Shown here one piece after another: positions 1 through 10,200 of a DNA stretch of 64,000 bases. Numbering within the stretch: the stretch's first letter is position 1; each line of letters opens with the position of its first letter. Source of the DNA: Clostridia bacterium (lineage in GTDB: Bacteria; Bacillota; Clostridia; Christensenellales; UBA1242); the NCBI GenBank assembly GCA_028709705.1, contig JAQVWL010000004.1:2639-66638 (forward strand), written 5' to 3'. Under the pieces are notes generated by a model. It was not told the origin of the DNA and did not search any database. It saw nothing but the letters and a program-made list of their open reading frames with translations. The translations under genes and the position numbers were made by a program.

Positions 1-54
1 CTTTTTTATTTTATCATATATTTTTGAAAGTGTGGCTTTGGGGTGACAAAAATT

Positions 55-873
55 TTATTTGCTATTAAAACTTCGTTGAAAATAAAACAAATATTGCTGT
101 GCATAACCAGAAAGATTTTCAAATTTTTTTGTTAGTTCTTTTCTTATTATTATTCTGTTTTTGCAAGTTCCAAAATATTGGTTATAAACTTTTTCTATCC
201 AAGTATCAACGGGAAAAACATCAGTTTTCCCAAATCCAAAAAGCAAAATGCAGTCTGCAACTTTGGGACCTATACCACTTAAAGCAACAAGTTTGTTTTT
301 TATTGTTTCGGTTTTTTGCTCTTTCCAACTTTCAAAATCTACTGCTTTTAGTTGGTTTATCAACTTTACAAGTTGCGAACTTCTATAACCCGCGCCCAAG
401 GCAAAAAATTGTTTTTCTGTTATGTTTTCTAGCTTTTTTAGTGTTGGAAAAGCAAAAAAATCGCCCATATTTTCGCCAAAATTTTCTCTCAAAGCAAACA
501 AAATTTTGGTTATTCTTTTGATATTGTTGTTTGCCGAAACAACAAAAGATATTATCACTTCGAGCAAATCTTGCTTCAAAATCCTTATCCCACTGCCAAA
601 TTTTATTGGGTCTTGAAGTGCTTTTTCTCTACTTAAAACATTTTTTATTTTTTTGTAATCGGTTTCTAAATCAAAAAAGTTTTTAAAATAATCTATGTTT
701 TTTGTTCTTATTTCAAAAAATTTTTCAAATTCCACCACTTCTGCTTTTTTGTTTTGCGAATATACAACAAAACCATTTGCAGTTTGCTTATAAGAAAAAA
801 TTTGCCCACACATTAAAGTCTGGACAAAATTTATTTTGTTTTTATTTATAAAAAAACTAGTCTTTGCTTCCAT
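55..873 (-). CDS. ogg: 8-oxoguanine DNA glycosylase/AP lyase (OGG1-like, HhH-GPD)
   Basis: QTLMCGQ N-terminus, GIRIL.QD..E.IISF..SANNNI.RI, HhH motif [17 protein letters not shown] and AGYAQQYLF-like C-terminus. Start trimmed to ATG at 873 (MEAKTSF), overlapping the rpmA end. Confidence 0.88.
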   Translation of the reverse strand: MEAKTSFFINKNKINFVQTLMCGQIFSYKQTANGFVVYSQNKKAEVVEFEKFFEIRTKNIDYFKNFFDLETDYKKIKNVLSREKALQDPIKFGSGIRILKQDLLEVIISFVVSANNNIKRITKILFALRENFGENMGDFFAFPTLKKLENITEKQFFALGAGYRSSQLVKLINQLKAVDFESWKEQKTETIKNKLVALSGIGPKVADCILLFGFGKTDVFPVDTWIEKVYNQYFGTCKNRIIIRKELTKKFENLSGYAQQYLFYFQRSFNSK

Positions 874-1138
874 ACACACTAGCAACTTTTTTGCCGGCTT
901 TGATTTCAAATTTAACTTTTCCGTCAATCAATGCAAACAAAGTGTGGTCTTTTCCAAGCCCAACATTTGTGCCAGGGTAAACTTTTGTGCCTCTTTGACG
1001 CAAAATAATTGAACCAGAAAACAATTCTTGACCATCGCTTGCCTTAACGCCAAGTCTTTTGCTTTGACTGTCTCTTCCGTTTTTAGAACTTCCGCCACCT
1101 TTTTTGTGAGCGAAAAGTTGAATGTTAATAAACCTCAT
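857..1138 (-). CDS. rpmA: 50S ribosomal protein L27 with N-terminal Prp-cleaved extension
   Basis: QLF|[29 protein letters not shown]. Confidence 0.98.
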   Translation of the reverse strand: MRFINIQLFAHKKGGGSSKNGRDSQSKRLGVKASDGQELFSGSIILRQRGTKVYPGTNVGLGKDHTLFALIDGKVKFEIKAGKKVASVYGSKD

Positions 1139-1139
1139 T

Positions 1140-1466
1140 CTATCCTCCTATTATTTCTATTGCAATATATTTTTGATAGTCTTTTGCAACTTCCTGCAAA
1201 CTAAATTTTGTTGTTTTTAACAAAACTTGTGCATTTTGATTTTGAAAATCTGATTTTAGCATAAGTTTGAAATAAGCATTTTTGTTGTCTTGCTCGTGCA
1301 AAACTGCTAAATTTAGCACTTTTTTTAGACCAACAAGGCAACTGCCAACAATGCTTGAAACCGCACTGCAAATAATATCACTGCCAAACTCTGCATAACC
1401 AGAATGTCCACTGCATTCCAAACCCAAAATTGTATTGCTTTTTTCAAAAAATTTTATTTTTATCAT
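1140..1466 (-). CDS. prp: Ribosomal-processing cysteine protease Prp (YsxB/DUF464)
   Basis: [18 protein letters not shown] motif; lies between rplU and rpmA. Confidence 0.93.
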   Translation of the reverse strand: MIKIKFFEKSNTILGLECSGHSGYAEFGSDIICSAVSSIVGSCLVGLKKVLNLAVLHEQDNKNAYFKLMLKSDFQNQNAQVLLKTTKFSLQEVAKDYQKYIAIEIIGG

Positions 1467-1768
1467 TATTTTATTTCTACTATTTTAAGTTCTGTATATG
1501 GTTGTCTGTGCCCATATTTGCTTTTTGTTCTTTTTTTAGGTCTGTATTTAAAAACTGTTATTTTTTCATTTTTTCCTTGTGCAACAACTTCTGCTGTTAC
1601 TTTTATTTTGTTTGCTTGTTTTTCAGTTTTTATAACGCCATCATCGCTAAAAAAAATTGCATCAAAAGTAATTTTTTCGCCAATTTCGTTTTCAAGTTTT
1701 TCAACTTTGATAACATCATCAACATTAACTTTGTATTGCTTTCCACCTGTTTGAATTACTGCGTACAT
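1466..1768 (-). CDS. rplU: 50S ribosomal protein L21
   Basis: MYAVIQTGGKQYKV...GHRQPYT; start at 1768 behind a GGAGG SD. Confidence 0.98.
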   Translation of the reverse strand: MYAVIQTGGKQYKVNVDDVIKVEKLENEIGEKITFDAIFFSDDGVIKTEKQANKIKVTAEVVAQGKNEKITVFKYRPKKRTKSKYGHRQPYTELKIVEIK

Positions 1769-1780
1769 TGATATATTCCT

Positions 1781-1845
1781 CCCTTTTCCAAAACTCGCTG
1801 TTAAGGTGTGCTTTTGCAACTTAAAAAACCTTTTCCAAGCGGATA
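1781..1845 (-). promoter_or_regulatory. L21 leader-like cis-regulatory RNA
   Basis: Minus strand CCGC..AAGG...ACACCTT..GCGAGT directly upstream of the rplU SD, resembling the Firmicute L21 leader. Confidence 0.6.
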
Positions 1846-1941
1846 ACAAAACAATAATAGCATTTTTGCGTGCATATGTCAATAAAAACTTTTAGTAAAA
1901 AAATAATATTCGCCAGTAAGGTCATTAATAAAAAAAAGTAT

Positions 1942-1963
1942 CAAGGGTCAACGTTGACCTTTG
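1942..1963. repeat. 22-bp near-perfect palindrome caagggtcaacgttgacctttg
   Basis: Self-complementary with one mismatch; downstream of dcd; shares its arm sequence with the end of the 49.3 kb element. Confidence 0.7.
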
Positions 1964-2075
1964 TTATTTTAAAAAATATTAAAAATAAAAACCATAATTT
2001 ATCATTTATCATTAAAAAATGGAGATCTGATTTGAGCAATTTTTTTCTTTTTTGGTTCATATTGCCGTTTTAGAC

Positions 2076-2591
2076 TTAATTAAAATCTTTTTGAATTTGA
2101 CTGGCAACAGGTGCAATTTGTCCAAGATATTTGCCTTGATAATAGGTCTTTTTTCCTTGAACTTTTTCATAGTATATTTGCCCAATTTGCATATTTGGAT
2201 AAATTTTTACGGGGTGAACGCAAGTGATTTCAAGGGTCCATGTGCCTTCAAAACCGACATCGCCGAAGCCCGCAGTTATGTGAACGCAAATGCCCAATCT
2301 ACCCACAGATGAACGCCCGCTGATGCAAGGAACAAACTTTTTTGTTTTTGTATATTCGTTTGTTCTACCCAAATATAAAGTGTTTGGTTGCAAAACAAAA
2401 CCTTCTTCGGTTATTTTGATTTTTTTTGTTTTGTTTTCTTTTTTTGCATCTAGCACATCGCAATCATAAACCAACAATTCGTTTGCCAAGGTTATGTTAT
2501 AACTGTTAGGATTTAGTTGTTTTTCATTGAATGGAACAATGCTAATATTTCCGTTTTTTATTTGTTTTAAAATATTTTTTCCTGTTAACAC
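2076..2591 (-). CDS. dcd: dCTP deaminase
   Basis: QLNPNSYNI, GRSSVGRLG..VH.TAGFGDVGFEG.WTLE, IGQI, YQGKY; GTG start with GGAG SD. Confidence 0.92.
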   Translation of the reverse strand: MLTGKNILKQIKNGNISIVPFNEKQLNPNSYNITLANELLVYDCDVLDAKKENKTKKIKITEEGFVLQPNTLYLGRTNEYTKTKKFVPCISGRSSVGRLGICVHITAGFGDVGFEGTWTLEITCVHPVKIYPNMQIGQIYYEKVQGKKTYYQGKYLGQIAPVASQIQKDFN

Positions 2592-2661
2592 TATACTTCT
2601 CCTTTGTAAATTTCTTTAATTAATATAACATATTGGAAACAAGTTTCAAAACAAAAAACAA

Positions 2662-2690
2662 AAAAAATCAGCAATTTTTGCTGATTTGTT
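2662..2690 (-). terminator. Intrinsic terminator after rplA
   Basis: aaatcagcaa-ttt-ttgctgattt hairpin followed by a U-tract on the minus strand. Confidence 0.75.
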
Positions 2691-2691
2691 T

Positions 2692-3378
2692 TTAACTTCT
2701 TGCGTTTACTTTTATGCCAGGTCCCATCGTTGTACAAATAGAAACATTTTTGATATATTGTCCTTTTGATGCAGATGGTTTTGCTTTTGTTATTGCTGTT
2801 ATAAGTGCTTCAAAATTTTCAAAAAGTTTTTCTTTGCCGAAACTTACTTTTCCAAAAACAACGTGAATGTTGTTGTATTTGTCAAGTCTGTATTCAACTT
2901 TTCCCGCTTTGACATCGTTGATTGCTTTTTTTACATCCATTGATACTGTTCCAGATTTTGGGTTTGGCATCAAACCTTTTGGTCCCAAAATTTTTGCTAT
3001 TCTGCCAACCAAGCCCATCATATCTGGGGTGGTAATGCAAACATCAAAGTCAAGCCAATTATCTTTTTGAATTTTTGTAATAATTTCTTCTGCTCCAACA
3101 ACATCAGCACCTGCTTTTTCTGCTTCGTCTGCTTTGTCGCCTTTTGCAATAACCAAAACTTTTACTTTTTTTCCGGTTCCGTTTGGAAGAACAACCACGC
3201 CTCTTACTTGTTGGTCTGCATTTCTGCCATCAACACCAAGTCTTAAATGAAGTTCCATACTTTCATCAAATTTTGTTTTTGACAAACTTGTTGCAAGTTC
3301 TATTGCTTCGTTTATGTCATACAATTTTGAAGAGTCAACTGCCTTTTGTGCTTCTGCAAATCTTTTACTTACTGCCAT
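2692..3378 (-). CDS. rplA: 50S ribosomal protein L1
   Basis: [38 protein letters not shown]. Confidence 0.98.
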   Translation of the reverse strand: MAVSKRFAEAQKAVDSSKLYDINEAIELATSLSKTKFDESMELHLRLGVDGRNADQQVRGVVVLPNGTGKKVKVLVIAKGDKADEAEKAGADVVGAEEIITKIQKDNWLDFDVCITTPDMMGLVGRIAKILGPKGLMPNPKSGTVSMDVKKAINDVKAGKVEYRLDKYNNIHVVFGKVSFGKEKLFENFEALITAITKAKPSASKGQYIKNVSICTTMGPGIKVNARS

Positions 3379-3814
3379 TTTCTTCGCCCCCTTCAATTGT
3401 AATTCCCATACTTCTTGCTGTGCCTTCTATCATTGACATTGCTGTTTCAATGCTTTTTGCGTTAAGGTCAGGCATTTTTGCGGTTGCAATTTCTTTTACT
3501 TGTGCTTTTGTAAGTTTTGCAACTTTTTGAGTGTTTGGTTTTGGTGATGCTGTTTCAAGCCCGCACGCTTTTTTGATAAGCACAGGTGCAGGTGGAGTTT
3601 TCATAATAAAACTGAAACTTCGGTCTTGAAAAATTGTTATCACAACTGGAATAATCAATCCTGCTTGTGATGCTGTTTTTTCGTTAAATTCTTTAACGAA
3701 TGCACCGATGTTAATTCCGTGAGGTCCAAGTGATGAACCAACTGGAGGTCCAGCGGTGGCTTTTCCTGCTGCAAGTTGTAATTTTACAACTGCGGTAATT
3801 TTAGGTTTTGCCAT
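3365..3814 (-). CDS. rplK: 50S ribosomal protein L11
   Basis: KLQL.AGKAT.GPPVG..LG.HG.NI, KTPP, KMPDLNA, GTARSMG; start MAKPK behind GGAG. Confidence 0.98.
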   Translation of the reverse strand: MAKPKITAVVKLQLAAGKATAGPPVGSSLGPHGINIGAFVKEFNEKTASQAGLIIPVVITIFQDRSFSFIMKTPPAPVLIKKACGLETASPKPNTQKVAKLTKAQVKEIATAKMPDLNAKSIETAMSMIEGTARSMGITIEGGEENGSK

Positions 3815-3830
3815 TTTTATCTCCTTTTTA

Positions 3831-3865
3831 GTGGTCGTTTTGAGATGTGGCAACATCTCTCCCAC
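3831..3865 (-). promoter_or_regulatory. L1-binding autoregulatory leader of rplK-rplA
   Basis: Minus strand GTGGGAG-agatgt..acatct-..GACCAC hairpin with the GGGAG/ACCAC L1-binding signature, just upstream of the rplK SD. Confidence 0.75.
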
Positions 3866-3907
3866 TTCTTATATATTTAAACTAGCGTTTGGCTAGGTTA
3901 AACCAAT

Positions 3908-4432
3908 TTATTGTTCTATTTTTCTGATTTGACTATAATCAAGAGTTACCGGAGTATCTCTTCCAAACATTTCAACCATAATTTTTGCACGACTGTTTTC
4001 AGCATCAACTGAAACAACTGTGCCAATAAGTTTTGCAAGCGCCCCGTCAATGATTTCAACTTTGTCATTTTCCACAAGGTCCATTTCAACGGTTATTTTT
4101 TCTAGTCTTAATTTGCGAATTTCGTCTTGTGTAAGTGCCAAAGGTCTTCCTCTTGGTCCAACAAATCCTGTAATGCCTCTTGTTCTGGTTATGTTGTGCC
4201 AAATGTCATCGCCATAAATCATTTTTACAATAAGGTAACAAGGCATAACTTTTCTTTGAACAAGTTTTTTCTTGCCGTTCTTTTCTTCTATAACATCTTC
4301 CATTGGTATTATGATATCAAAAATTCGGTCTTGCAAATTAAATTTTTCTTTTACATTTTCCAAATTTGCTTTTGCAACATTTTCATAGCCCGAAAAGGTG
4401 TGCAAAACATACCATTTTGCTTCTTCTTCCAT
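3908..4432 (-). CDS. nusG: Transcription termination/antitermination factor NusG
   Basis: KWYVLHTFSGYE, RTRGITGFVG, MFGRDTPV. Confidence 0.97.
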   Translation of the reverse strand: MEEEAKWYVLHTFSGYENVAKANLENVKEKFNLQDRIFDIIIPMEDVIEEKNGKKKLVQRKVMPCYLIVKMIYGDDIWHNITRTRGITGFVGPRGRPLALTQDEIRKLRLEKITVEMDLVENDKVEIIDGALAKLIGTVVSVDAENSRAKIMVEMFGRDTPVTLDYSQIRKIEQ

Positions 4433-4445
4433 ATTATCTCCTTAA

Positions 4446-4850
4446 TTAATTTATGCCATTTATAAACAATTTGTAAGCCATTTCAAGCAACGCATCTATG
4501 CCAAGCAAAACAATAGAAAAAATAATTACAACTGCAATAACGGTAGATGTTTTTTTTACAACTTGCGGAAAAGTTGGCCAAGTTACTTTTTTAAGTTCAC
4601 TTGCAACTTCCTTGATTTTTTTCTTGGTTTTGGAAGGTTTCTTTTCTTTTTTTGTTTGCTTTTTTTGTTTTTCTTTTTCGCTATCTGTTTTGGTTTCTGT
4701 TGCTACTATTTCTGTTTTTGGTTCAACTTTTTCTTCGTTGATAGCAATTTCGGTTTCAACAATTTCGGTTTCGGCAATTATTTTTTCTTCCTGTTTATTA
4801 ACACTTTTTGCATTTTGTTTCATTTTCTTTTTTGTGTTTTTACTAGGCAT
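4446..4850 (-). CDS. secE: Preprotein translocase SecE with long charged N-terminal extension
   Basis: ELKKVTWPT motif plus one TM helix; position between rpmG and nusG. Confidence 0.93.
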   Translation of the reverse strand: MPSKNTKKKMKQNAKSVNKQEEKIIAETEIVETEIAINEEKVEPKTEIVATETKTDSEKEKQKKQTKKEKKPSKTKKKIKEVASELKKVTWPTFPQVVKKTSTVIAVVIIFSIVLLGIDALLEMAYKLFINGIN

Positions 4851-4868
4851 TGCTTTGCTCCTTTTAAC

Positions 4869-5039
4869 TTATTTTGTTTCTTTGTGTTTTGTTCTTTTAC
4901 CACATTTTTTGCAAAATTTGTTAAGTTCTATTCTTTCTGGGTTGTTTCGTTTGTTTTTTGTGGTCGCGTAATTTCTTTCCTTACATTCAGTACAAGCCAA
5001 AGTTATTCTTTCGTTTGTTTGATTTTTCTTTTTTGCCAT
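4869..5039 (-). CDS. rpmG: 50S ribosomal protein L33 (Zn-binding form; 56 aa, absent from the ORF track)
   Basis: Translated by hand: [56 protein letters not shown]; GGAGG SD. Confidence 0.96.
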   Translation of the reverse strand: MAKKKNQTNERITLACTECKERNYATTKNKRNNPERIELNKFCKKCGKRTKHKETK

Positions 5040-5189
5040 GGTTTCCTCCGTTAAAAAAACTCCAAAAGGAGTATTGTTTAAAAGATAATATCACAAACGC
5101 TTGCGATTGTCAATATATTTTGCTGATAAAAATAAATTAATTTTATAAAATTATAATGATATTTATATGTATATATTATTATTCTATTA

Positions 5190-5744
5190 TCAATTTCTTA
5201 AAAATTTTAGGATTTTGGGAATGGCAAAATTGCGGGCTTTGTCAAAAACTCGCATAGTTGGAGAATTGAATTCTATATGTTGCAAAGGTTCTTTTAAAAG
5301 TTTGTCAGGGAATAGTTGCAGTTCATCAACTATTGCATCACAAATCAACCTTCCAACAACATAAAGATAATTTTGTGTTGTTAATTCGTTTCTGTTGGCA
5401 ATATAGGCAAAATCTTCGACATAAGAGATTTCGTTAAGTGCAAAACTTAAAAACAAAGAAAGTTTGTCAAGTGCGAACTGGTTGCCATTTGCACCTGCCA
5501 AAATTTGCCATTGCATAAATTTTTGCCAATTTGTTGGCACAACGTTATAAAGTCCTTTTTTGAAAATATACGCCAAATAATCTTGTGCTATTGGGTCGTT
5601 GTTAAGGGCTTTTATGCAAATATCATTAAAGTTGTCAATAGCGACATCTTCTTTTTGGTCAAAATCTGCTTTTTCTATGTTTCGTTGCAAACTTCTTCGC
5701 ATTGACATAAACGCCTTTCTGCAACTTTCGCTTGAATAGTCCAT
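5190..5744 (-). CDS. Hypothetical helical protein with one Sel1-like repeat
   Basis: 184-aa ORF with AAGGAG SD; NDPIAQDYLAYIFKKG...WQILAGANGNQFA resembles a Sel1 repeat. Confidence 0.6.
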   Translation of the reverse strand: MDYSSESCRKAFMSMRRSLQRNIEKADFDQKEDVAIDNFNDICIKALNNDPIAQDYLAYIFKKGLYNVVPTNWQKFMQWQILAGANGNQFALDKLSLFLSFALNEISYVEDFAYIANRNELTTQNYLYVVGRLICDAIVDELQLFPDKLLKEPLQHIEFNSPTMRVFDKARNFAIPKILKFLRN

Positions 5745-5797
5745 TACAACTCCTTTGTTTTTATGATAAAATTATGTTGGTATAAAGTCAAATGTTT

Positions 5798-7234
5798 TTA
5801 TAATATAGGTGCAAATAACCTGATAAGTGTTTGCCCAATTTTACTAAAAACGTGCTTTTTTTTGTAAAATGCAAGGTTGATTTTTTGACTTTCGGCAAAA
5901 TCAATTTCACAAAGTTTCAAATATTCTTCCACTTTTTTGCTGTTGTAAAGCACCATATCAATTTCAAAATTAAGGGAAAATGAACGATAATCAGCGTTTG
6001 CTGTTCCAAGGCACATTGCATAACCATCAACTATGAGTGCTTTGCTGTGCAAAAAACCTTTAAAAAGATAAACTTCTGCACCAACTTCTATCAAACTTTT
6101 TACAAATGAAAGTGAAGCAAGATAAACTATTTTTTTGTCAGGTTTTTGCGGTAACATAATTTTGACTTTTACCCCACTTAATACCGCTTGTTTTAGGGCA
6201 TTTAAAAACATTTCATCTGGCACAAAATATGGTGTTTGCAAAATTATTTGTTTTTCTGCAATAGAAATCATTTTTATCATTGTTTCTTTTATATTGTCTG
6301 TGTCATTGTTTGGCCCGCTTGTTATAATTTGAGATATAACATCACCTTGCTTTTTAAACTTTGGGAAATACCCTTCATTGATATATTTTTGAGTTTCTAT
6401 ATTTTTGTTGTTGCAAAACTGCCAAAAATTGAAAAAAGTGTTTTGCAAGGCATAAACCGCCTGCCCTTTTACCCTTATGTGTGCATCTCGCCAAGGCGAA
6501 ACTTTTTTCTTGTAACCCAAATGGTCTTTGCGAATATTTATGCCACCAACATAACCGATTTTGCCATCAATAACTGCAATTTTTCTGTGATTTCTGTAAT
6601 TCATTTTTAGATTGACCAAACGAATGTAGAACAAGGGCGGGAAAAATTCTTTGACTTCTCCGCCTGCTTTTTTTAGTTTTCTAAAAAACCGCCTTGGAGC
6701 ACCCAAACAACCAACAGAGTCATAGATAAGTTTTACTTTTACACCTTCTTTTGCCTTGTCGCAAAGTGCTTGCATAACTTCTTCACCGACAAAGTCATCA
6801 GAAAAAATATAATATTCCATATTTATTGAATGTTTTGCTTTTTTTATGTCATCAATCAAACTTTCAATTTTTGCTTTGCCATCAACAAAAAACTTTATAT
6901 TGTTGTTAAAAGTTGGAACTGCTTTTGAATTTATTAAATTATATTTGATTAAATTTGAAACGCGTTTGCTTTTTATAACCGTTTCTTCCTCAACAACTTG
7001 GCGATAAAAATTTTGGTACTTGTCATCATAAAAAATTTTTCGCCTTAACATTTTTTTGTTTTTAAAACTTAATCCAGAACCAAACAAAACATAGAAAACA
7101 AACCCAACTATTGGCAAAAAACAAAACAAAAGAAGCCACGAAACAATAATTTCGGGTTTCTTTCGTTCTCGAAAAATCATTAGAACAACAAACAAAAAGT
7201 TGAAAACTAATATTATGTTAAAAATGTATTGCAC
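5798..7234 (-). CDS. cls: Cardiolipin synthase
   Basis: Two N-terminal TMs and two HKD motifs (NHRKIAVIDG, LHSKALIVDG); WRDAH; TPYFVP. Confidence 0.95.
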   Translation of the reverse strand: MQYIFNIILVFNFLFVVLMIFRERKKPEIIVSWLLLFCFLPIVGFVFYVLFGSGLSFKNKKMLRRKIFYDDKYQNFYRQVVEEETVIKSKRVSNLIKYNLINSKAVPTFNNNIKFFVDGKAKIESLIDDIKKAKHSINMEYYIFSDDFVGEEVMQALCDKAKEGVKVKLIYDSVGCLGAPRRFFRKLKKAGGEVKEFFPPLFYIRLVNLKMNYRNHRKIAVIDGKIGYVGGINIRKDHLGYKKKVSPWRDAHIRVKGQAVYALQNTFFNFWQFCNNKNIETQKYINEGYFPKFKKQGDVISQIITSGPNNDTDNIKETMIKMISIAEKQIILQTPYFVPDEMFLNALKQAVLSGVKVKIMLPQKPDKKIVYLASLSFVKSLIEVGAEVYLFKGFLHSKALIVDGYAMCLGTANADYRSFSLNFEIDMVLYNSKKVEEYLKLCEIDFAESQKINLAFYKKKHVFSKIGQTLIRLFAPIL

Positions 7235-7249
7235 AACAGAATCTCCTTA

Positions 7250-10200
7250 TCAATCTGGAATATTGTCATCAAAACTAATATACACAAATTTATAATTTCC
7301 ATTTTCAAACGAAACTTCCAAGTTTGTCAAAATATCTGTAATGTTAACCGCTGATAATTGGTCGCCATTTATTTGTACACTGCCCAAACTTATGTTGTTT
7401 TGGGACAATTCAAATGTATAGGTGTAAGTGCTTTCCACAGTGCCGGATATAGCAGTCAAATCAATAATATTGGTATTTTCGGTTACCAAAGTTGAACTTG
7501 TGAACGAACTGCCATCAAGCCCCGGTGTTATGTCAAAAGTCAAAATAGTTATTGTTTCTTCATTTTTGACAAAAGTTGTTTTTGTTATATCTGTTTTTGT
7601 GTATAAAATTGTTGTTGAGTTTTTCGTTGATTTCCAATATGTTGTTGCAGTGCTTGAACTTTCAAACAATGGCAAAATTTCTCCGTTAAGTTTAACTGCA
7701 ACAGTGTTGCAATTTTTGACAACAATTCCCGCAGTTGCGAATGTTGTAACATCAATATACAAGTCTGTTCCTGTTGTTGCCAAACCAAACATTTGCATTG
7801 TGCTGACACTATCTATGTAAACGCCATAATAATATGTTTTGTTTGAGGTTGCAGTTGAACTTATTTTGATTTTTGTCAAAGTTGTTCCGCTTGGTTCTTC
7901 TTCATAAATTGATATTGTATTGTTTTCGTTTTGAGGTACAAGTTTCATAGAGTTGGCGTAATCAATAACTTCAAATATGCTTGTATCACTATAATATAAA
8001 ATGTGTGCAAGACTATATTTAGTGTTAATACTATTACCTTCAACTACTTTTATTAACAAATTGTAAGAAATATTGTTTTCGCAATCCAAATCAAATCCGC
8101 CAAGGAATGAAACTGTGTAATTGACAATGTTTGTCAAGTTTAAAATTGAAACATCAAGTGCATAACCATAATTGCCTGAATAGTTTTGATTGTCTTGTGT
8201 ATATTTTAGCCCAACAATTTTGCTTGAAGAATTATTGCTTGAATCGGTATAAGCAATATGGAAGAACAAAGTATCGTCAAGATTTGCTTCCACAGTATCA
8301 TTTGAATAAACTATATTTAGCACATCGTTGTTTAAAATTTCTATAATATTGATTGAATAAGAATAATCAGTTCCAACAAAAATATTTTCAAAAATGCCCC
8401 GCAAACCATTCAAATCAAGTGCAACGTTGTAATAGCCACTTACTTTTGTAAAAGGTGTGTCTGAAAGATAAACAATGTCCTCGCCCGTTCCAATAGATGC
8501 TGTCAAGTTGTATTGATTGTTCACAGTGTCATAGCCAACTGTGATTTGGAAAATGTTTGATTCTTGAGTTAAATTTGTATTAACTATCCCCCTGCCTACT
8601 GCCTGCAAAGAAATGACTTTGCCTATTGAATTTTGGGTTTCATCAAGATTGATTTTTATGTTAAGTTTGCTTCCATCATAAGTGGCATTGTAAATATCAT
8701 TTATTACATTTACAACACTAAAATCACAGTTTGAAGGGGAAACATAAGTCGTTGAACCGCTGGTGGCAAAACCAATTTGCCCGTTAAGAACAAGCGGTGC
8801 CAAGTTTGTGTTTGTTGCAATAAGCTTTGCTATTGTTTCTGTTGTGCTTGTAAATTGGTGCTGAATATTTATTGAATATATTCTTCCGCTTAGTGTTGCA
8901 GAAATTATTACATTATAATTGCCCGCAACCGGAACATACAAAGTGTCTTTTGATATTGAAACTTCTATTGTGTCTATATAAACATAATCAAAAATGTTGG
9001 CAACTTTATCTTTGAACACTTTTACATAAACTGCAATTTTTACTGTATGTTGCTCTGTAAAACTTGAAGTTGTTACAATTTTGTTGTTTGCATCAAGTAT
9101 TGCTGCACCCGAACCTTCTTCTGATTGAATTTGGAAAACCAAATCTTCTGTTGCATCTCTTACTGTTGTAAGAACATTTCCGTTTTTGTCAAGCAAGTTA
9201 TAGGCATTTGCCCAAGTATTGAAGTCAATTTCGTAATAATAATAAGAGTATTGTGAGTTGTAAAGCAAAGTGTATTGGTTTGCGTATACAATTTTTTTGC
9301 CCGCTCCGCCTATGTCGCCATTGTTGTCTATGGTATAATATTTTGGAGTGACAGAATAACTTACAGAAACCGAATAAACGACATCATCTTTGATGTATTT
9401 TACAAGATAATATTTGTTTACGCTTGTTTTGATACGATTGACAAAATCTTGTGCTGTCAAAACAGAAATTTTGTCTTCAAACATTTGACTTTCAACATTG
9501 ATTTCAAGTTCTTGTATCCTAAAAATATTGATTGTCAATGTGTAAATATAAGAATTTGAATTAACTGTTACTTCTGGTGTCAAGTCAAAACCATCTATGT
9601 CAATTTTTGACAAATATAGATTTTGCGTTCCGCTTGGAATGTTGCCTATTGCATAAACAACTTCAATTTTGTAAACACCTTCTTCATTAAGCCCTAACTC
9701 ATTGCCCAAAATACTGCTAATAGAAATGTAAACAAAATGTGCATAGTTATAAATAATTCTTGAACTTGTTTCTTTGTAATTTGTTCCATCATAATAAACA
9801 ATTACATTATAATATTTGTTAATCATACCTTCGTCAATTTTTAACACCAAAGTATCGTTATACAATTTTATGCCCTTTAACAACTGCAAGTCCGCGGTAG
9901 AAATTTTTGTTCTGTCCAATTCATAGCCTTGAATGTTGTTTAATAAGGTTGAAATTGGATAATCTGGGTTTTGCAAGTTTGTTATTGCTTCATAAATTGA
10001 TTTGTTTTGTTTTCCATCAAAATTGAGTGCAAAAGGAATTAAAACTTTGTAAGGTCCGTTGTTAAGAGCACTAGTTATTTGCTCTGTTGGATTGTTGTTT
10101 GAAGTGACAATGCTCAAACATTTGTCTTTGATAAGGTAGACTGATTGCCCTGTCGGAACAGTGTCTGTTGGGTTTGGTAGTGTTGAAGGAACACCTTGCC

